DNA from: Selaginella moellendorffii
Taxonomy: Eukaryota; Plantae; Lycopodiophyta
Direction of reading: 5' to 3'
DNA length: 64,000 nt
Assembly: GCF_000143415.4 (NCBI RefSeq)
Contig: NW_003314320.1
Coordinates: 370,586-434,585, forward strand
Part shown: in pieces, positions 25,346-38,354 of the stretch
Numbering within the stretch: position 1 is the first letter of the stretch
How the letters are laid out: each line of letters begins with the position of its first letter
Made by a program: the position numbers and the translations under genes
Notes under the pieces: generated by a model
What the model saw: only the letters and a program-made list of their open reading frames with translations
Databases searched by the model: none
Told to the model about the DNA's origin: nothing

Positions 25346-27505
25346 ATGCCACTGCTCCACCGTCAAGAACGCTTCGTTGGCCTCATCAGGTGCTGCGTCG
25401 ATGCCAGGAATCTTGCCTTGCTCCACTCCCAGATTCGCGAGAGCGGCCTTGGCACGGACAGATACCTCGGCAATCTTCTCATCCACAAGTATGGCAAGCT
25501 CAGAAACTCGGATCATGCCTTTCAAGTTTTCCAAGAGATCAAGCACAAGAACATCTTTTCGTGGAGTTCCATGCTTGGCGCATTCGTAAACAGCAGGGAT
25601 GCCGACGGCGCAAAGGTGGCATTCGATCGAATGCCAGAGAGAAATAGTGTGTGTTGGACGTCGGTGATTCTTCTAAATGCGAAGGTTGGGCATTTGGAGC
25701 TTGCGTTAAACATGTTTCAAAGAATGCCAGAGAGAGATATCATCTCTTGGACCGTCTTACTGCAAGCCACTGCCGAGAGTGGATTTTCTGGTTATGCTCG
25801 AGCATTGTTTGAAAGAATGCCAGAGCAAGATCCAGTTTGCATGAACACAATGATAAATGCATATGCCCATTGTGGGTATCTGGACCAGGCAGAAGTTTTG
25901 TTTTATCATCTGCCGGAGCGAACGGTCGTATCCTGTTCGCTGATGATCAGCATTTTTGCAAGACTAGGCCGTGTCACGGAAGCAAAATGTGTTTTTGACT
26001 CTATGCCGCTAAGAAACGTGGTGGCGTGGAACGCGTTAGCAGCCGGATATGCCCATTGCGGGCATACACTCCAGTCGCAAAGAATTTTTGAGCTCATGCC
26101 ACTAACGAGCGCTGCGTCTTGGAACACTCTCGTCGTCGCGTTTGCAAACAATGGCGGCATTCAGGAAGCACTCGAGACCTTCCATTCGATGCCCGAAAGG
26201 AATGAAATCTCCTGGAATGCATTGATCCAGGCGCAAAGCTCACCTGCCTGCCGCGAAAGAGTCTTCCAGACGATGCCCTCTTGGGACATTGTTTCGTGGA
26301 CGCTTTTGATATCGATGTGTTCCAATGCCACAGAACTGAAGCCCCTCTTTGACAAAATGCCCGCCAAGAACGTCGTCTCATGGACCGTACTCGTTTCTGC
26401 AAATGCCCAGGGCGGGCACGTACGGCAGGCCGAGGTGGCTTTCGTACGGATGCCGCAGCACGGCCGCGTCGCCGCGACCAGCATGGTTGCGGCGTACGGC
26501 CATTCCGGCCGCATTGCCGCCGTGGCTGATACCTTCGATTCCATGCTGGAGAGAGACGTGGTGGCGTGGAGCGCCGCCGTGGCTGCAAATGCCCAGAACG
26601 GGCATGACGTGGAGGCCATCCGGACGTTCCACCTAGCGCTACTCGACGGCGTGGCTCCTGACCGCGTTTGCTTTGCCAGCGTCCTACTGGCATGCGCCCA
26701 CTTGGGGACGGTCAACGCCGGTCGTGACTACCTCGTGAGCATGAGCTCTGACCACCGTGTTGACCCCACCTGCGACCACTTTCTGACCATGGTTGACTTA
26801 CTCGGCCGCACGGGTCGGGTGAAAGATTGCGAGGATTTGGTCAACGCAATGCCGTACGTGCCCGGCGACGTGGCGTGGATGAGCCTGTTGGGCGCGGCCC
26901 GGTCGTACGGCCACATGGGAGCCGGCGTACGGGCGGCTGAGAAGTTGATGGAGCTCGAGGCGTGCGGAGAGTACGGCGGCGGCGGCTGCCCGTACGTCTT
27001 GCTCGCGAATCTCTTTGCCGGGGCCGGGTGGCACGCCGAGGCCGCGAGGGCGAATCGTGTGATGAAAGAAAGAGGGGTGAGAATCCATCGCTGCGTGAGC
27101 AGCATTGAAGTTGGCGGTGTGGATCACAGGTTTTGCGTCGGCGAGGATCTTGCCGCGCATCCACAGGGCGAGGAGATCGCGATGGAGCTCCGGAGATTGG
27201 AGAGGATGATGGTGGAGCAAAGGCTGTTTGCTCCAGAGGTCCGGGAGGTTCTTCACGACATTGGAGAGAGCGAGAAGGAGCGGCTCCTCTGGCAGCACAG
27301 TGAGAGGCTGGCGATCGGTTTTGGCCTGGTTGCCACTCCGCCTGGAACCCAACTGTGGATCATCAAGAACCTCCGGGTGTGTCTCGACTGCCACACCGTC
27401 ACCAAGTTTATCTCGCTCGTCACCAAGCGCAGGATTGTTGTGAGAGACTCGAATAGATTCCATCATTTTGACGATGGAAGGTGCTCCTGCCAAGATTATT
27501 GGTAA
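25346..27505 (+). CDS. PLS-E-DYW PPR protein (organellar C-to-U editing factor type), intronless
   Basis: PPR array, E/E+ domains, HSERLA, KNLRVCLDCH, terminal CSCQDYW. Confidence 0.96.
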   Translation: MPLLHRQERFVGLIRCCVDARNLALLHSQIRESGLGTDRYLGNLLIHKYGKLRNSDHAFQVFQEIKHKNIFSWSSMLGAFVNSRDADGAKVAFDRMPERNSVCWTSVILLNAKVGHLELALNMFQRMPERDIISWTVLLQATAESGFSGYARALFERMPEQDPVCMNTMINAYAHCGYLDQAEVLFYHLPERTVVSCSLMISIFARLGRVTEAKCVFDSMPLRNVVAWNALAAGYAHCGHTLQSQRIFELMPLTSAASWNTLVVAFANNGGIQEALETFHSMPERNEISWNALIQAQSSPACRERVFQTMPSWDIVSWTLLISMCSNATELKPLFDKMPAKNVVSWTVLVSANAQGGHVRQAEVAFVRMPQHGRVAATSMVAAYGHSGRIAAVADTFDSMLERDVVAWSAAVAANAQNGHDVEAIRTFHLALLDGVAPDRVCFASVLLACAHLGTVNAGRDYLVSMSSDHRVDPTCDHFLTMVDLLGRTGRVKDCEDLVNAMPYVPGDVAWMSLLGAARSYGHMGAGVRAAEKLMELEACGEYGGGGCPYVLLANLFAGAGWHAEAARANRVMKERGVRIHRCVSSIEVGGVDHRFCVGEDLAAHPQGEEIAMELRRLERMMVEQRLFAPEVREVLHDIGESEKERLLWQHSERLAIGFGLVATPPGTQLWIIKNLRVCLDCHTVTKFISLVTKRRIVVRDSNRFHHFDDGRCSCQDYW

Positions 27506-27561
27506 TGGTAAACGAAAGAAACAATACCTTCTATTCTTCTTTCCGTGTGACAGAAGAACAA

Positions 27562-29156
27562 CTATCTTAGTTTGCTGGAAACCGTCTTCTTTACCACTCG
27601 TAGCGACACCAGGAACTCGTCCAGCGACGACAGCGTTTTCATGTCTTCGCTGGAGAAAATGCTGCCCGCGTTCTTCCACAATCTCGAGAAGCCAAGTCGC
27701 AGCGACGAAAGGACGTCGTCATCCTCCTCTTCCAAAAGCTCGTCGATGAATGAAAAGGCCGCTCTCAGCTCCCGGGGTCCAGCTCTTATGGGTGCCGCGA
27801 AGTGTGCTGGTATGATCTGCCGGAATTTCCAGGAGCCAGTGATGAAATCTATCCAGTCTCTCACCTAAACATTGTCTATACCAAGTCAAGTTCACGTACA
27901 AAACATAGAAGTAAAAAGAAATACCTTCTCAGGAACTTTGCTAAAGACAAGAGTCTTCACAATTGGAGAGACAATGAGCCGCTTGGAGACTTGAGAGAAT
28001 GAGTATTCTGGTTCCAGCAAGTTCGAGGGCCCTAGGAAAAGTATTTGCAGCACCATTCTTTCCCATCCTGCGGCAAACCACAACCTTCACAACCCAGTTC
28101 ATTCAAGGAATCACGAATGCTCACCTTTCTGGCGATTTCGATCGTTGTCAACAACAGGTTCATCCAAAACCTCTTTGCCTTTGCTCAACAGCTTGACGGC
28201 CAAGCCGTTTCTAGCGGATGCCAGCAGCGCTTCCCTGCTCACAACCTCGGGAGGTCTCTCGGGCACGTAAATCACCGCGTCTGTCATGAGCAGCGTCCTC
28301 GACTTCTTGTGGAAGAATGCAACCTCGACGTAAGGTCCAATTCCTGCAAAACCATTTCCAGTTAAATGCGAAGATGAGTGAGCAGGAATAGCGCAAACCA
28401 ACTTCAGGTGAGCTCAGAATCTTGTAATCAATCTCACTCCCCCATGGAACCGAGCCATCGTCACGTAGCGTCCGAGACGAGAAAATTCCAAAAAATTCCA
28501 GCGGCAGGTTTAGAGGCCAGCTCCATTGACCAGGTGTTACCCACACCTGAGCCCGCGGGAAGTTCCTGGAGAAGGGCCCAACATAGACCTTGTGTTCGTA
28601 AGCAAAAGTTGGCAGCACGATGTACTCGATGGGTTTCTGCAGCTCCTTGAGCAGCTGGAAAGTTTCAACAGTGTGAGTGAGCATGGACAAACTTTCTAGA
28701 ATAAACCGTGAGTACCTGGAGACACTCGCTGGTGGGAGCAATGGGAGCATGCACCCACAAGCCCCCAGACTTGAGCTTGATCACAGTCATTCGCACGTTG
28801 GTGCTGATACTGCTGAACCCAAGCCCTTGCTCTTGCTCAAAAGTCCAGATGCTGTCCTTGATCACCTAGAAAGAAGCCGATGATCAAATCCAGGAGGAGG
28901 AGAAAGGAAAGAGAGATGACTTTCTTACCTCTTTTCGAACTGTCTTTCGTTGAAGAAATGGTCCCAGTGGAAAGGGGAATCCCGTAACATTCCAGTAGAA
29001 GCGCTTTGGCTTGCCAATAGCAGCAGCGTCTTTAGCAACGCTTGCCGTGACGACGGTCCTACGTGCTAATAACGAGAGTCTACAACTCAGGGGCTCTAGA
29101 CTCGTCCCAGCAGATGGGAAGAAGCTACTCTTCCAGCAAAGCCCATAAGTTGCCAT
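27562..29156 (-). CDS. DUF4336 family protein, likely plastid-targeted (multi-exon)
   Basis: RFYWNVTGFPFPLGP, RMTVIKLKSGGLWVHAPIAPT, PTFAYEHK, EVAFFHK, IIPAHF; transit-peptide-like N-terminus. Confidence 0.82.
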
Positions 29157-29513
29157 ATCCAAACCTCTGGATTCAATCAATTCCAACCAGGAAAAAGGAA
29201 TCACGAAAAGCAATGCCCAAATGAGCCATGTCACACAACAAAAATGCAACCATGTCATAACCAGGAAGGAAAAAAGGGAAAAGGATAGAAATTACAGCAT
29301 TGGGTAGGAAAGAATGCCAAAAACGATCAATCACACACACACACACAAAGATCGCGAATGTATGTATGGAAATCAAGCTTAGTGGAGTAAATGCCCAAGA
29401 AAGAAGGAAGAAGAAGGTAGAAAGAGGAGGAAAGAGAGGATGAACACAAGAGATGCCGATCTGGGATAGGGGCGAGCAGCGTATGCTTTCCTGGGATCGA
29501 TATTTCGGCCAAG

Positions 29514-29951
29514 TCAGTCGTATTTCTCCCTCCAATTCCAAATCAAGAAGAAGATCCATGACGATCCCAACAAGCAATCACCAATCATCTGCCTGATCGA
29601 GTCCCCAGCCAGCTCCTCCACCCTGATCTCAAACGCAAGCCTCCACACCACCATGAGGCCGTGAATGACGATACAGCCCTTGGCGAAGAAAGTTTGGAAA
29701 TCCCGATCTTTTACAAAAGATACCATGAAGAGGAGCAGGCCAATGACGAGCAACAGCATCCCGACTAGGGATTCCGAGGTCGCGATGAGGAGCTGATCAT
29801 AGGGCGTGGATCCAAGGATCTTGCTGGATGTCGTCTTGCCATGCCCGAATTCGGCCAGCTCCCACAGGAAGAAGATCATCAGGCAGCCGGAGACGCAGTC
29901 GATCGCTGCGTGGAGGAGGCACACCGCGCGAAAGCATCCCAATGCCGCCAT
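29514..29951 (-). CDS. Small multi-pass membrane protein, uncharacterised
   Basis: 145-aa intronless ORF with ~4 hydrophobic segments, ending WREKYD. Confidence 0.78.
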   Translation of the reverse strand: MAALGCFRAVCLLHAAIDCVSGCLMIFFLWELAEFGHGKTTSSKILGSTPYDQLLIATSESLVGMLLLVIGLLLFMVSFVKDRDFQTFFAKGCIVIHGLMVVWRLAFEIRVEELAGDSIRQMIGDCLLGSSWIFFLIWNWREKYD

Positions 29952-30137
29952 CGCAATCCTTGCCTCCCAAGAACCCTAAATAAACAGGGGCTTTCCTCCG
30001 AGAAGAACTCCCTCGCCCATATCCACCAAAGTGCCGTACCGCATTCTTGGGCCCGCCGTACTCTGTATATTCCATCCTCGGAATCTATGCGAATCTTTTC
30101 GATTTTTTCCCTTGTGGTCCCGTGCACCTATTTCTCA

Positions 30138-33100
30138 TCAGACTGTGGCAGCAGTTTTCCCGTTTTTCGTGCTCTTCGATCGATCCAGTGTTTCTTTGTA
30201 GATCATCACTGGCTTGAACTGATGCAAAAAAAGAGAAAAAGAATTGGTCAGCTCGCCTGATCGATCAATCAATCAATCACCCAGACTTCTCCAAAGAAAC
30301 GAAAAATGCAATGAAACAATCAAAGCTGGGAGAGCGAATGTGTAATGTAGACCAGAACATACAACACAAGAGAATGTGAGGAACACGGATCAAGCAATCA
30401 CTATCGCGTGGATGCTCTTCATACATACAGACGAAATGGAAGTCCAAAACGAAGGAGCATGAAAAGGATAGACGAGCTTACTTGATAGACGCAGTAAATG
30501 GTGTTGCGACGGATACGAGCCATCATGTCCAGGAAAAGATTGTAGCCTTCTAGCTTGTACTCGATGAGCGGGTCCCTTTGGGCATAGCCTCGGAGTCCAA
30601 CTGCTTGTTGGATAAACTTCAAAGCTTGGAGGTGTTCCTTCCACAGCTTGTCCACTTGAGTAAGAACGTAGTATCGCTCAGCTTCGTGCATTAGACCTGG
30701 AGCTTGTTTCTCAACATCAGCCTGCAAACAGCAAGAGGGTGTGAGAAATCTCAGTGACTCCCAGTTTTGGATACGTACTCTCTTTTCAAGGTATGCCTCA
30801 CGGCCGCGCTTGTGTAAATACTCCCGCAAACTCTCAAATGTATCAGCATTTTTTAGTAGCACTTCAACAGATAAGTCATCCAGGAGAAAGCAGTACCTGC
30901 AGTGCAGATGTGTTGAGCGTTACGGATAGATAAAAGGAAAGTTCTCGAAAAGAAAGCAAAAACTCACTGCTTGACTTTTGATGCTAGACCTTCTAAATCC
31001 CATTCTTCCTTTGGAAGCTCGTTGCTGATGTTGGCCTGCACGGAGACAGTAAAAAACGTAAGTAAAGGATTAACTCTAGGCGAACGTACATTGAGAATGT
31101 CATCCATTGTCAATTGAGAGTACTCCATCATAAGCGGTTGCAAATCCTTTGATAACAAAGCACGCTTACGTTCCGTGTAGACACGATCACGTTGACTATT
31201 CAGCACCTCATCGTATTCGAACAGCTGTTTACGGGCTTCAAAATAATAGTTTTCGACTTTTCTTTGAGCCTCGTCCAGCGATTTCGTGAGCATTTTTGAC
31301 TCGATCGGTAAATCCTCGATTCGGAAAGCTGTCATCAAAGCCTGATAACACCAAATAAGAATTTGTCAAGATCTACAAAATGACAACTACCTCACCTTTA
31401 TCCTTTCACCGCCAAATATCCGAAATATGGTATCTTCTAAACTCAAGAAAAATCTTGATGTTCCGGGATCACCTTGCCTACCACTGCGGCCACGCAACTG
31501 TAACAAAGGATGGGGCGTTATACAGAGAACATCCAAGGTTACTATACCTGATTATCAATTCTTCGTGATTCATGGCGCTCTGTGCCTATCACGTGAAGGC
31601 CACCTGCAGCAACAACCTGCAAGAAAACTATGAGGACAAATCATGAAAACTTTCGTTTCTAACCTTCTTCCTTTCGTCCTCGGTGTATGCTTTGTACTCG
31701 GCTGATATGGCTTGAAATGCGCTTCGCAACTTTGCAACAACAGCGTCCTCGGTCGGACCCTACATGACGCTGATTAGCACCTTCAACACATAACGTATCC
31801 ACAATTTACCTTTTCGCAAGCGTAAGAAAGCCTATTCTCTGCCTCAAGCTCCGATAAACTTTTCTTGCCCCAAGACTCGACAGCAGCTTGCACTGCTGCT
31901 TCAGCTAGAGATGATGAATTCTCAGAAAGTTTGCAAGGAAATAGATTTTCGTTTACCTGCAGTAAACACAACACTTTTTTCAGCACGAGGAAAAACTAAG
32001 ACATACCATCCATGATTTTCTTGTGGGAATCTTCTTTTTCTTTTGAAAAGCAATCTCATCGTCACTTAGTATAACAACCCTGCAGTCAAGAATAAGAAAT
32101 CCAAACGGACACAGATTCTGGAGTACATACTTTGGCATGAGCATCTCCCGCAGTTTGATTTTGGACATAAAGTCGGCATTCCCGCCAAGAATAATATCTG
32201 TCCCACGACCGGCCATATTCGTTGCTAAGGTGACAGCTCCTACTCGACCACTCTGTGCAATGATCTCAGATTCCCTCTCTACATTCTCTGGCTTTGCATT
32301 CAATATCTGTATAGAAAAGAGCTTATTAAAAGTTCACAAAGATTGGAAGCTGGAACTTACTTGGTGAGGAATATTAGCTTCGGATAGTTGTTTCGACAAA
32401 GATTCACTTTGTTCAACACTTGTGGTACCAACCAATACGGGACGGCCTGCTTTATGCATGCGTGCGATTTCAACGACAACAGCTGTCCATTTTCCTGTAA
32501 CCGCTCGAAAAACCACATCAGATTCATCCTGCAAAACAAAGAATTTTGTGCTTGTGAAAACATATGGAAGTTGTAGTCAAACCTTTCTTATCATAGCCCT
32601 GTTTGTTGGAACCACAGCAACGGAAAGCTTGTAAATCTTTTCAAACTCAGACCGTTCCGTTGCTGCCGTTCCAGTCATTCCACATAGCCTGGGATACTGC
32701 AAAAAAGTCGGGTCTTGCAGCAAATTCGGTGCAAGTCGAAACAAACCTGCAAGAAGAAGTTCTGGTAGCTTATGGAAGCTAATGCAACCGTCTCATTTTG
32801 CACAGGTAACGATTCTTTAGCTTCTACAGCTTGATGCAGACCATCGTTCCACCTTCTACCCTGACAAATCGTTACGAGTTTAGCATGACAGGTATGCGTA
32901 AACAATCTACATACCGGAAGTGCACGCCCCGTAAATTCGTCAACGATGAGGACGTCTTCACCACGGACTATGTAGTTGACGTCCTTCAGAAACAGCTCTT
33001 TTGCTTTGATGGCGTTGATGACATAAGATGCCCATTGTTCCCGAGGGTCATATAAGTCTTTAACATCTAGGATTTCTTCAGCTGCTTCATATCCTTCTTC

Positions 33101-34448
33101 CGTGATTAGAACTGACTTTTGCTTTTCGTCAACCTGTAAAGCAGCAGCTTTGATAACAAATTGAAAACACGCACAGCAAATACCGTGTAGTGAACATCTC
33201 GCGCAAATGCCGCAGCTATTTTGGCAGCTTTGTAGTATCTATCGGTGGGCTTCTCTGCAGGACCAGAAATTATAAGCGGTGTTCGAGCTTCATCTATCAA
33301 TATAGAGTCCACTTCGTCAATGACGCAAAAATTGAAACTCGGTAACACAAGATCATCTGGGCTCTGAAAATGCAAATTGTTAGTAACAATTTATAAGGCT
33401 GTAGGGAATTATACCAGCGCCAAATTGTCCCTCAAGTAATCAAAGCCGAGCTCACTGTTCGTAACATAAGTTATATCAGAGCCGTAGTTTGTTCTTCGCT
33501 CCGCACTATCCATTCCCTCTGAAAAATGCTGCAAACATTAGCAACGCAATGTAGTTTGTATACACCATTACCTACGTTGAATGAGACCAACTTTTAAACC
33601 CAGGAATCGAGGAATTTGGCCGACCCATTCAGCATCTCGACGGGCCAAGTAGTCGTTTACCGTCACAACATGAACACCTTGGCCGCTTAAAGCATTCAAA
33701 TATGCTGGAAGAACAGCAACAAGAGTTTTTCCTTCTCCAGTTTTCATCTCAGCAATCTGACCCTTGTGAAGAACCATGCCACCTGAAAGAAGAACACGAA
33801 ACTGTGAAGGAGACCACACTTGATTTTATCCATTGCTTACCAATAAGTTGGACATCAAAAGGTCGCAATCCTAGCACTCGCTTAGACGCTTCCCGGACAA
33901 CTGCGAAGGCATCCTGCAAATCACGCTCAGAAACACTAGCATTCAAACAAAAATGTTTTGCTCATCCTTACCGGGAGGATACTATCAAGCGATTCTCCAG
34001 CCGCCACTCGCGCTTTCAATTCCCCAGTTTTGTTTCGAAGCGCTTCATCGGACAATCCCTCCATTTGTGGCTCCTTTGCATTGATAGCATCCACTGTGGA
34101 AGAAAACTTTTGGCGAGTGCTTTCCCCGACGTCTTCGCTTTTAAACAGCCCTCCAAGGAGGCCCCCGAGTGACGCTGCTGCTGCTACGTGATGAGCGCAT
34201 CGCCTGCGGGCCGCAGCTTGAAGCAGGGAATCCGAGCCACGCCTCAATCTTCCAAATGGCAAGAATGCCGAAGAAGAATCCAGCTGAAATCCACTGCTTC
34301 CCGTGGCGCATTGAGGGAAATTCGATGAGCAGTGATGGGAAGTCACGGCGACCGTCGTCGAGACGCATCCCAGGCAGCAGGATGATGACGGCGCGCTCAC
34401 CTGATTACCGCCCGAGAATCCCAGCTTCATCTTCGCCGCTGCCGCCAT
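30138..34448 (-). CDS. SECA1: Chloroplast protein translocase subunit SecA1 (multi-exon)
   Basis: [77 protein letters not shown]. Long transit peptide; last exon FKPV...ATV* ends at 30138. Confidence 0.96.
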
Positions 34449-34538
34449 CCCGGGAGGATCGATTCAATCGTGCTCTGTAACCTACATCCTCATCCCTAGA
34501 AATATCCACGCCCAAAATCTTTGATGTTCTTCGCTTGC

Positions 34539-36440
34539 TCAAGCAAACGCAGCATCCAATACGATTTGTCCAGGTGGCAGGATTAGGTTCCATTTGCCCG
34601 TCCGCCACGTGTGCGACGAATAGTGGTGGATCGTTAAGCTCGTCCATTCCACGTCGGGGACGAATGGCATGTGTTCTAGGAGATCGCGCGCAGGCCCTAA
34701 TTGTCCAGCGCGGCCGAGGAGATCGACAATGCAGCTATAGTGTTCTTTCGAAAGATCCAATGCGTGATCCACGACCATCGATCGAAAGCAATGGATCCCA
34801 GCGTCGAGATCCCCTGCGTGACTACAGCACGAGAGAATGCATTGAAGAACCACTTCATTGGGCGCGATTCCCTGGAGCGCCATCGCCCAGAAGAGCCTAG
34901 AGGAATCCCAAAGCCGCCCACAGCAGGAATTCGCGGCGATGCAAGCCGACCACGCGATTAAGTCGCGCATTGGCATCAAATCGAAGACGCGAGGCACAAG
35001 ATCGACCTCCCCGCCATGCCCGTACGCAGCGATTAGTGTGTTCCAGCAGACAAGATCCCTGTACGGCATCTTTTTAAACAAAACCTTCGCACGATCTGGA
35101 TGCCCCAACTGGGCATATACCGCAAGCATAGCTGTCCACGTCACTAGGCTGTGCGCTGGCATGCTCTGGAGCATCCACGTGGCGGAATCCACGCACGCAC
35201 AGCACGCTAGCATCATGACCGTCCACGATACAACGGATCTCTCCGGCATTAAATCCAGGACGTTCGCTGCCTGGGACATTTGCCCTCTTTGGGCATATGC
35301 TGCAAGAAGAGCGTTCCAAGAGACGCTATTCCTCTTGGGCATGGAGTGGAATATTCTTTCCAATAGGGAACTTTCTTCCTCGATGGATGCTGTAAGGAGC
35401 GTGTTCCAAGAGATTAGATTTCGCAGAGGCATCCGATCAAAGAGCCTGTAGGCGCTCAATCGATCTCCATCGCGCAAGTAAGAACCCAAGATCGCATTCC
35501 AAGGAGCGGCATCGTGGATCGGCATGGATTCGAGAATTCGCAGTGCTTCATCCGTCGGGAGGCGAGAGATCGCTACGGTGGATGAAACTAGATCGTGAAG
35601 TGGCATCCTGGCGAAGATCTTGAGGAGATCACTGGCGCTTTCTTCCGCGAGAGCCGCGAGAAGGGTCGTCCAGGAAACGAGATCCCTCTCCGGCATTCGA
35701 TCAAAGAGCCCACACACGAGATTGGAATCCCCCAATCTTGCAAATTCCGTGAGCGCTGCGTTCCATGACACAAGGTTTCTCGCTGGAATTCGATCAAACA
35801 GAGCGCGGCGATCTGTGCTGCAGCGAATCATCGTCGTCCAGGAGATGATGTTCCTAGAGGGCATCACCGCGAAGAAATCACGAGCACCAAGCTCAGATTT
35901 CCTCTCCACAAATGCCGCCAAGAGCGAATTCATGGACACCAAGTTCCATTGCGGCATCCTATGGAAAACAAGCCCAGCGTGATCGAGCTCGAGGACCCCC
36001 AGCACGCAATTCCAGGACACGAGATCGCGCAGTGGAAGATCATCGAAGAAAGCGAGAGTTTGCTCGATCGTGACGCCGCGGCCCCGCGCGAGCCTCCCAA
36101 GCAATGCCGTGCCGGAGATGGCATCCGCGAGGGGCATCCGGCGGAAGGTGTCCATGGCCGCGCCCAGGCAAGCTTCATCGCCCTGGCCGAGACACGCGCC
36201 AAGGAGGAGCCTCCACGAGAAATCGTTTCGAGCGCTCATGGCGTGGAACTCCCGGAAGGCCTCTTGGATGTCGCAGCATCTGCCGTGCCTCTGGATGGCA
36301 AGGTTGGAGAGATAGATCCCGCGCTCGCTGCGCATATGAAATCGGCGCCAGTGGTCACGACTCCTGGTCGTATGGGATTCTCGTTCCAGAGAGAGTGTCC
36401 GAGGACTCAATGGCTCTGTTTTAAGAACAGCACCAAGCAT
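34539..36440 (-). CDS. PLS/S-rich PPR protein with truncated E domain, intronless
   Basis: Many short repeats (FDRMPERDLVSWT); EHYSCIVDLLGRAG...MPFVPDVEWTSL followed by non-canonical sequence. Confidence 0.88.
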   Translation of the reverse strand: MLGAVLKTEPLSPRTLSLERESHTTRSRDHWRRFHMRSERGIYLSNLAIQRHGRCCDIQEAFREFHAMSARNDFSWRLLLGACLGQGDEACLGAAMDTFRRMPLADAISGTALLGRLARGRGVTIEQTLAFFDDLPLRDLVSWNCVLGVLELDHAGLVFHRMPQWNLVSMNSLLAAFVERKSELGARDFFAVMPSRNIISWTTMIRCSTDRRALFDRIPARNLVSWNAALTEFARLGDSNLVCGLFDRMPERDLVSWTTLLAALAEESASDLLKIFARMPLHDLVSSTVAISRLPTDEALRILESMPIHDAAPWNAILGSYLRDGDRLSAYRLFDRMPLRNLISWNTLLTASIEEESSLLERIFHSMPKRNSVSWNALLAAYAQRGQMSQAANVLDLMPERSVVSWTVMMLACCACVDSATWMLQSMPAHSLVTWTAMLAVYAQLGHPDRAKVLFKKMPYRDLVCWNTLIAAYGHGGEVDLVPRVFDLMPMRDLIAWSACIAANSCCGRLWDSSRLFWAMALQGIAPNEVVLQCILSCCSHAGDLDAGIHCFRSMVVDHALDLSKEHYSCIVDLLGRAGQLGPARDLLEHMPFVPDVEWTSLTIHHYSSHTWRTGKWNLILPPGQIVLDAAFA

Positions 36441-36546
36441 TCACACGGATCTCTTCTCGGAACGGAGATAATCCCATAGATATAACAGATAATTACAAAT
36501 TTGTGCGGGAATTAGGGTTCCTGGGTATAGGGCTTTGACAGAGGGC

Positions 36547-37853
36547 ATGGCGCTGGCTCAAATGCATGTGCCGCTCATGCGTCTCGGCGGTTCCAAGCCC
36601 GCCGGACGCAACAGCAGGAGCAGCAAAATCTCTAATCCGAAGAAGGCTGCCAAGGAGGAGCTCGTCACTGTGCTCCATTTTCCCAGGAAACCAATGGAGG
36701 AGGAAATCGAGAAGGAATCCAGCACTGCGAGTAGCGATAGGTATTCATATCTCAGCGATGGTAAGCTCGACAAATTCCACAGGCTTCGCTCTCCCAGAGC
36801 TGCTCGAGAGCTCTCCTTGTAAGCCAAGTTTGTTATCGTTTTTCTTGCTTATCTTGTCCATTTCTCGTTCGTAGGTGTGTGTTATATGCGGGATTGGTGT
36901 CTGGCAGTGATCCATTGGAAGTTTTAGAAGATCGAATGCAAGCTAGAAGAGGTAATAAAAATCTTTCCGGCCACATGTTTGGTCTTTATATATATATTTT
37001 TTGTTCTTCTCTAGAGCGTGTTGATGAGAAGGTACTGCACCAATACGATCATGACGCCAAGAGCGGCGAGCCTCTCTATGTGAGCAGTGAAAGCGAAGCC
37101 AAAGAACTGGAATTCCAGCAAGAACAACAGTCAGAAATTGGTAAAAGCTCTATCTTATTCTCAAAGTTTTGTCCTGAGCACCACTTTTCTTGTTGCAGAT
37201 GCGGCGCTACTAACTGCTCATCCTTATGTAGTTTACAATAAGTTTGTTCTAAGGTATGGGAAGGAGGTGACTTTGTGTTCTCGTTTTTTTATCTGGATCT
37301 CGTTGAGATGCTGCAGTCTTGCGGAGAAGATCATAAAAGCGACCTCAGAGGGACGGGAAAAACAAGAAGCAGTTGTCAAAGAGCTTCTTCCCTCGACATG
37401 GAAGGTAGAGTAGCTAAGTTCCTCTTTTCTTCTTTGTTTTTGCGAGCAGTGACGTGAGTTCTCACAAAGACATTTTTCGTGTCAGGACGAGGGCAATGGA
37501 AAACTCCTTGAAACAACAATTATGCACATGGCTATTGCAGAGATAGAGGTGCTGGGGACATCTCCAAACATTGTCATTAACGAGGTTTGTGTGCATTGTT
37601 TTCGCTTTATAAACTCATGCCGCTCACTCACTCTGATTTTTATAAACTTTCCTTGATGTTTATCCAGGCCGTGGAGCTTGCCAAGAGATTTTGCGATGGC
37701 TTTGCCCCACGAGTGGTGAACGGCTGCCTCGGGAATTACTTCCGCAGCCGACAACCGCGCCGTAACATGTCTCCTGTTGCCAAGGGCCTGCAAGCATCCT
37801 CGAGCGCCTCGCTTTACGAGAGTATTGGCTGGAAGGATGAATACGAGGACTGA
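36547..37853 (+). CDS. NusB-domain protein, plastid-type (multi-exon)
   Basis: LRSPRAARELSL, ILETTIMHMAIAEI, IVINEAVELAKRFCDGFAPRVVNGCL. Confidence 0.88.
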
Positions 37854-38354
37854 TTGACAGTTGTTTCTCTGGGAAAAGAGGAGGAAGGGGAAGAAGGAAT
37901 CGCTTCGCAGCACGCACTCCGGTGGGTTTGTTGTTATACTTTTTTGAAGTCTACAGAGCTCAAAAAATTTCCAGACGGCCCATCCGCCAGCCAGCCAGTA
38001 CAAGGGAGGCAGCAGGGGGCCATGCTTTGCTACTAGCTACAAGCAGACACAAGGACGGTTGTTTTCTAGCTAGCTACTTGGATCTCCAGTTGGTGCTCGC
38101 TCCAACAAAACTTATAGCAGACACCACGGGGGGTGAATATGAGTCGGACACCAGCAGCTCCTTCAACTCTTGGGCTGAAAACAAGTTGAATCGAGCTGGA
38201 GCCAGCCAAAGCGGCCAACCAGCCAGCCAGCTCCATCGATCGTCCGTAAGTTATAGTCGGCAGACACTTACAACAGCAGCAGCGGCAGTAAAGCAGCGAT
38301 CGGTTGAGAAGTTGAGAGAAATGTTTGGAGGTGATGAATTCACGCCACTCTCCC

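Noticed and set aside
30138-37853. secA and nusB as bacterial horizontal transfer or contamination
   Set aside because: Both have many spliceosomal introns and transit-peptide-like N-termini; they are ordinary plastid-targeted nuclear genes.
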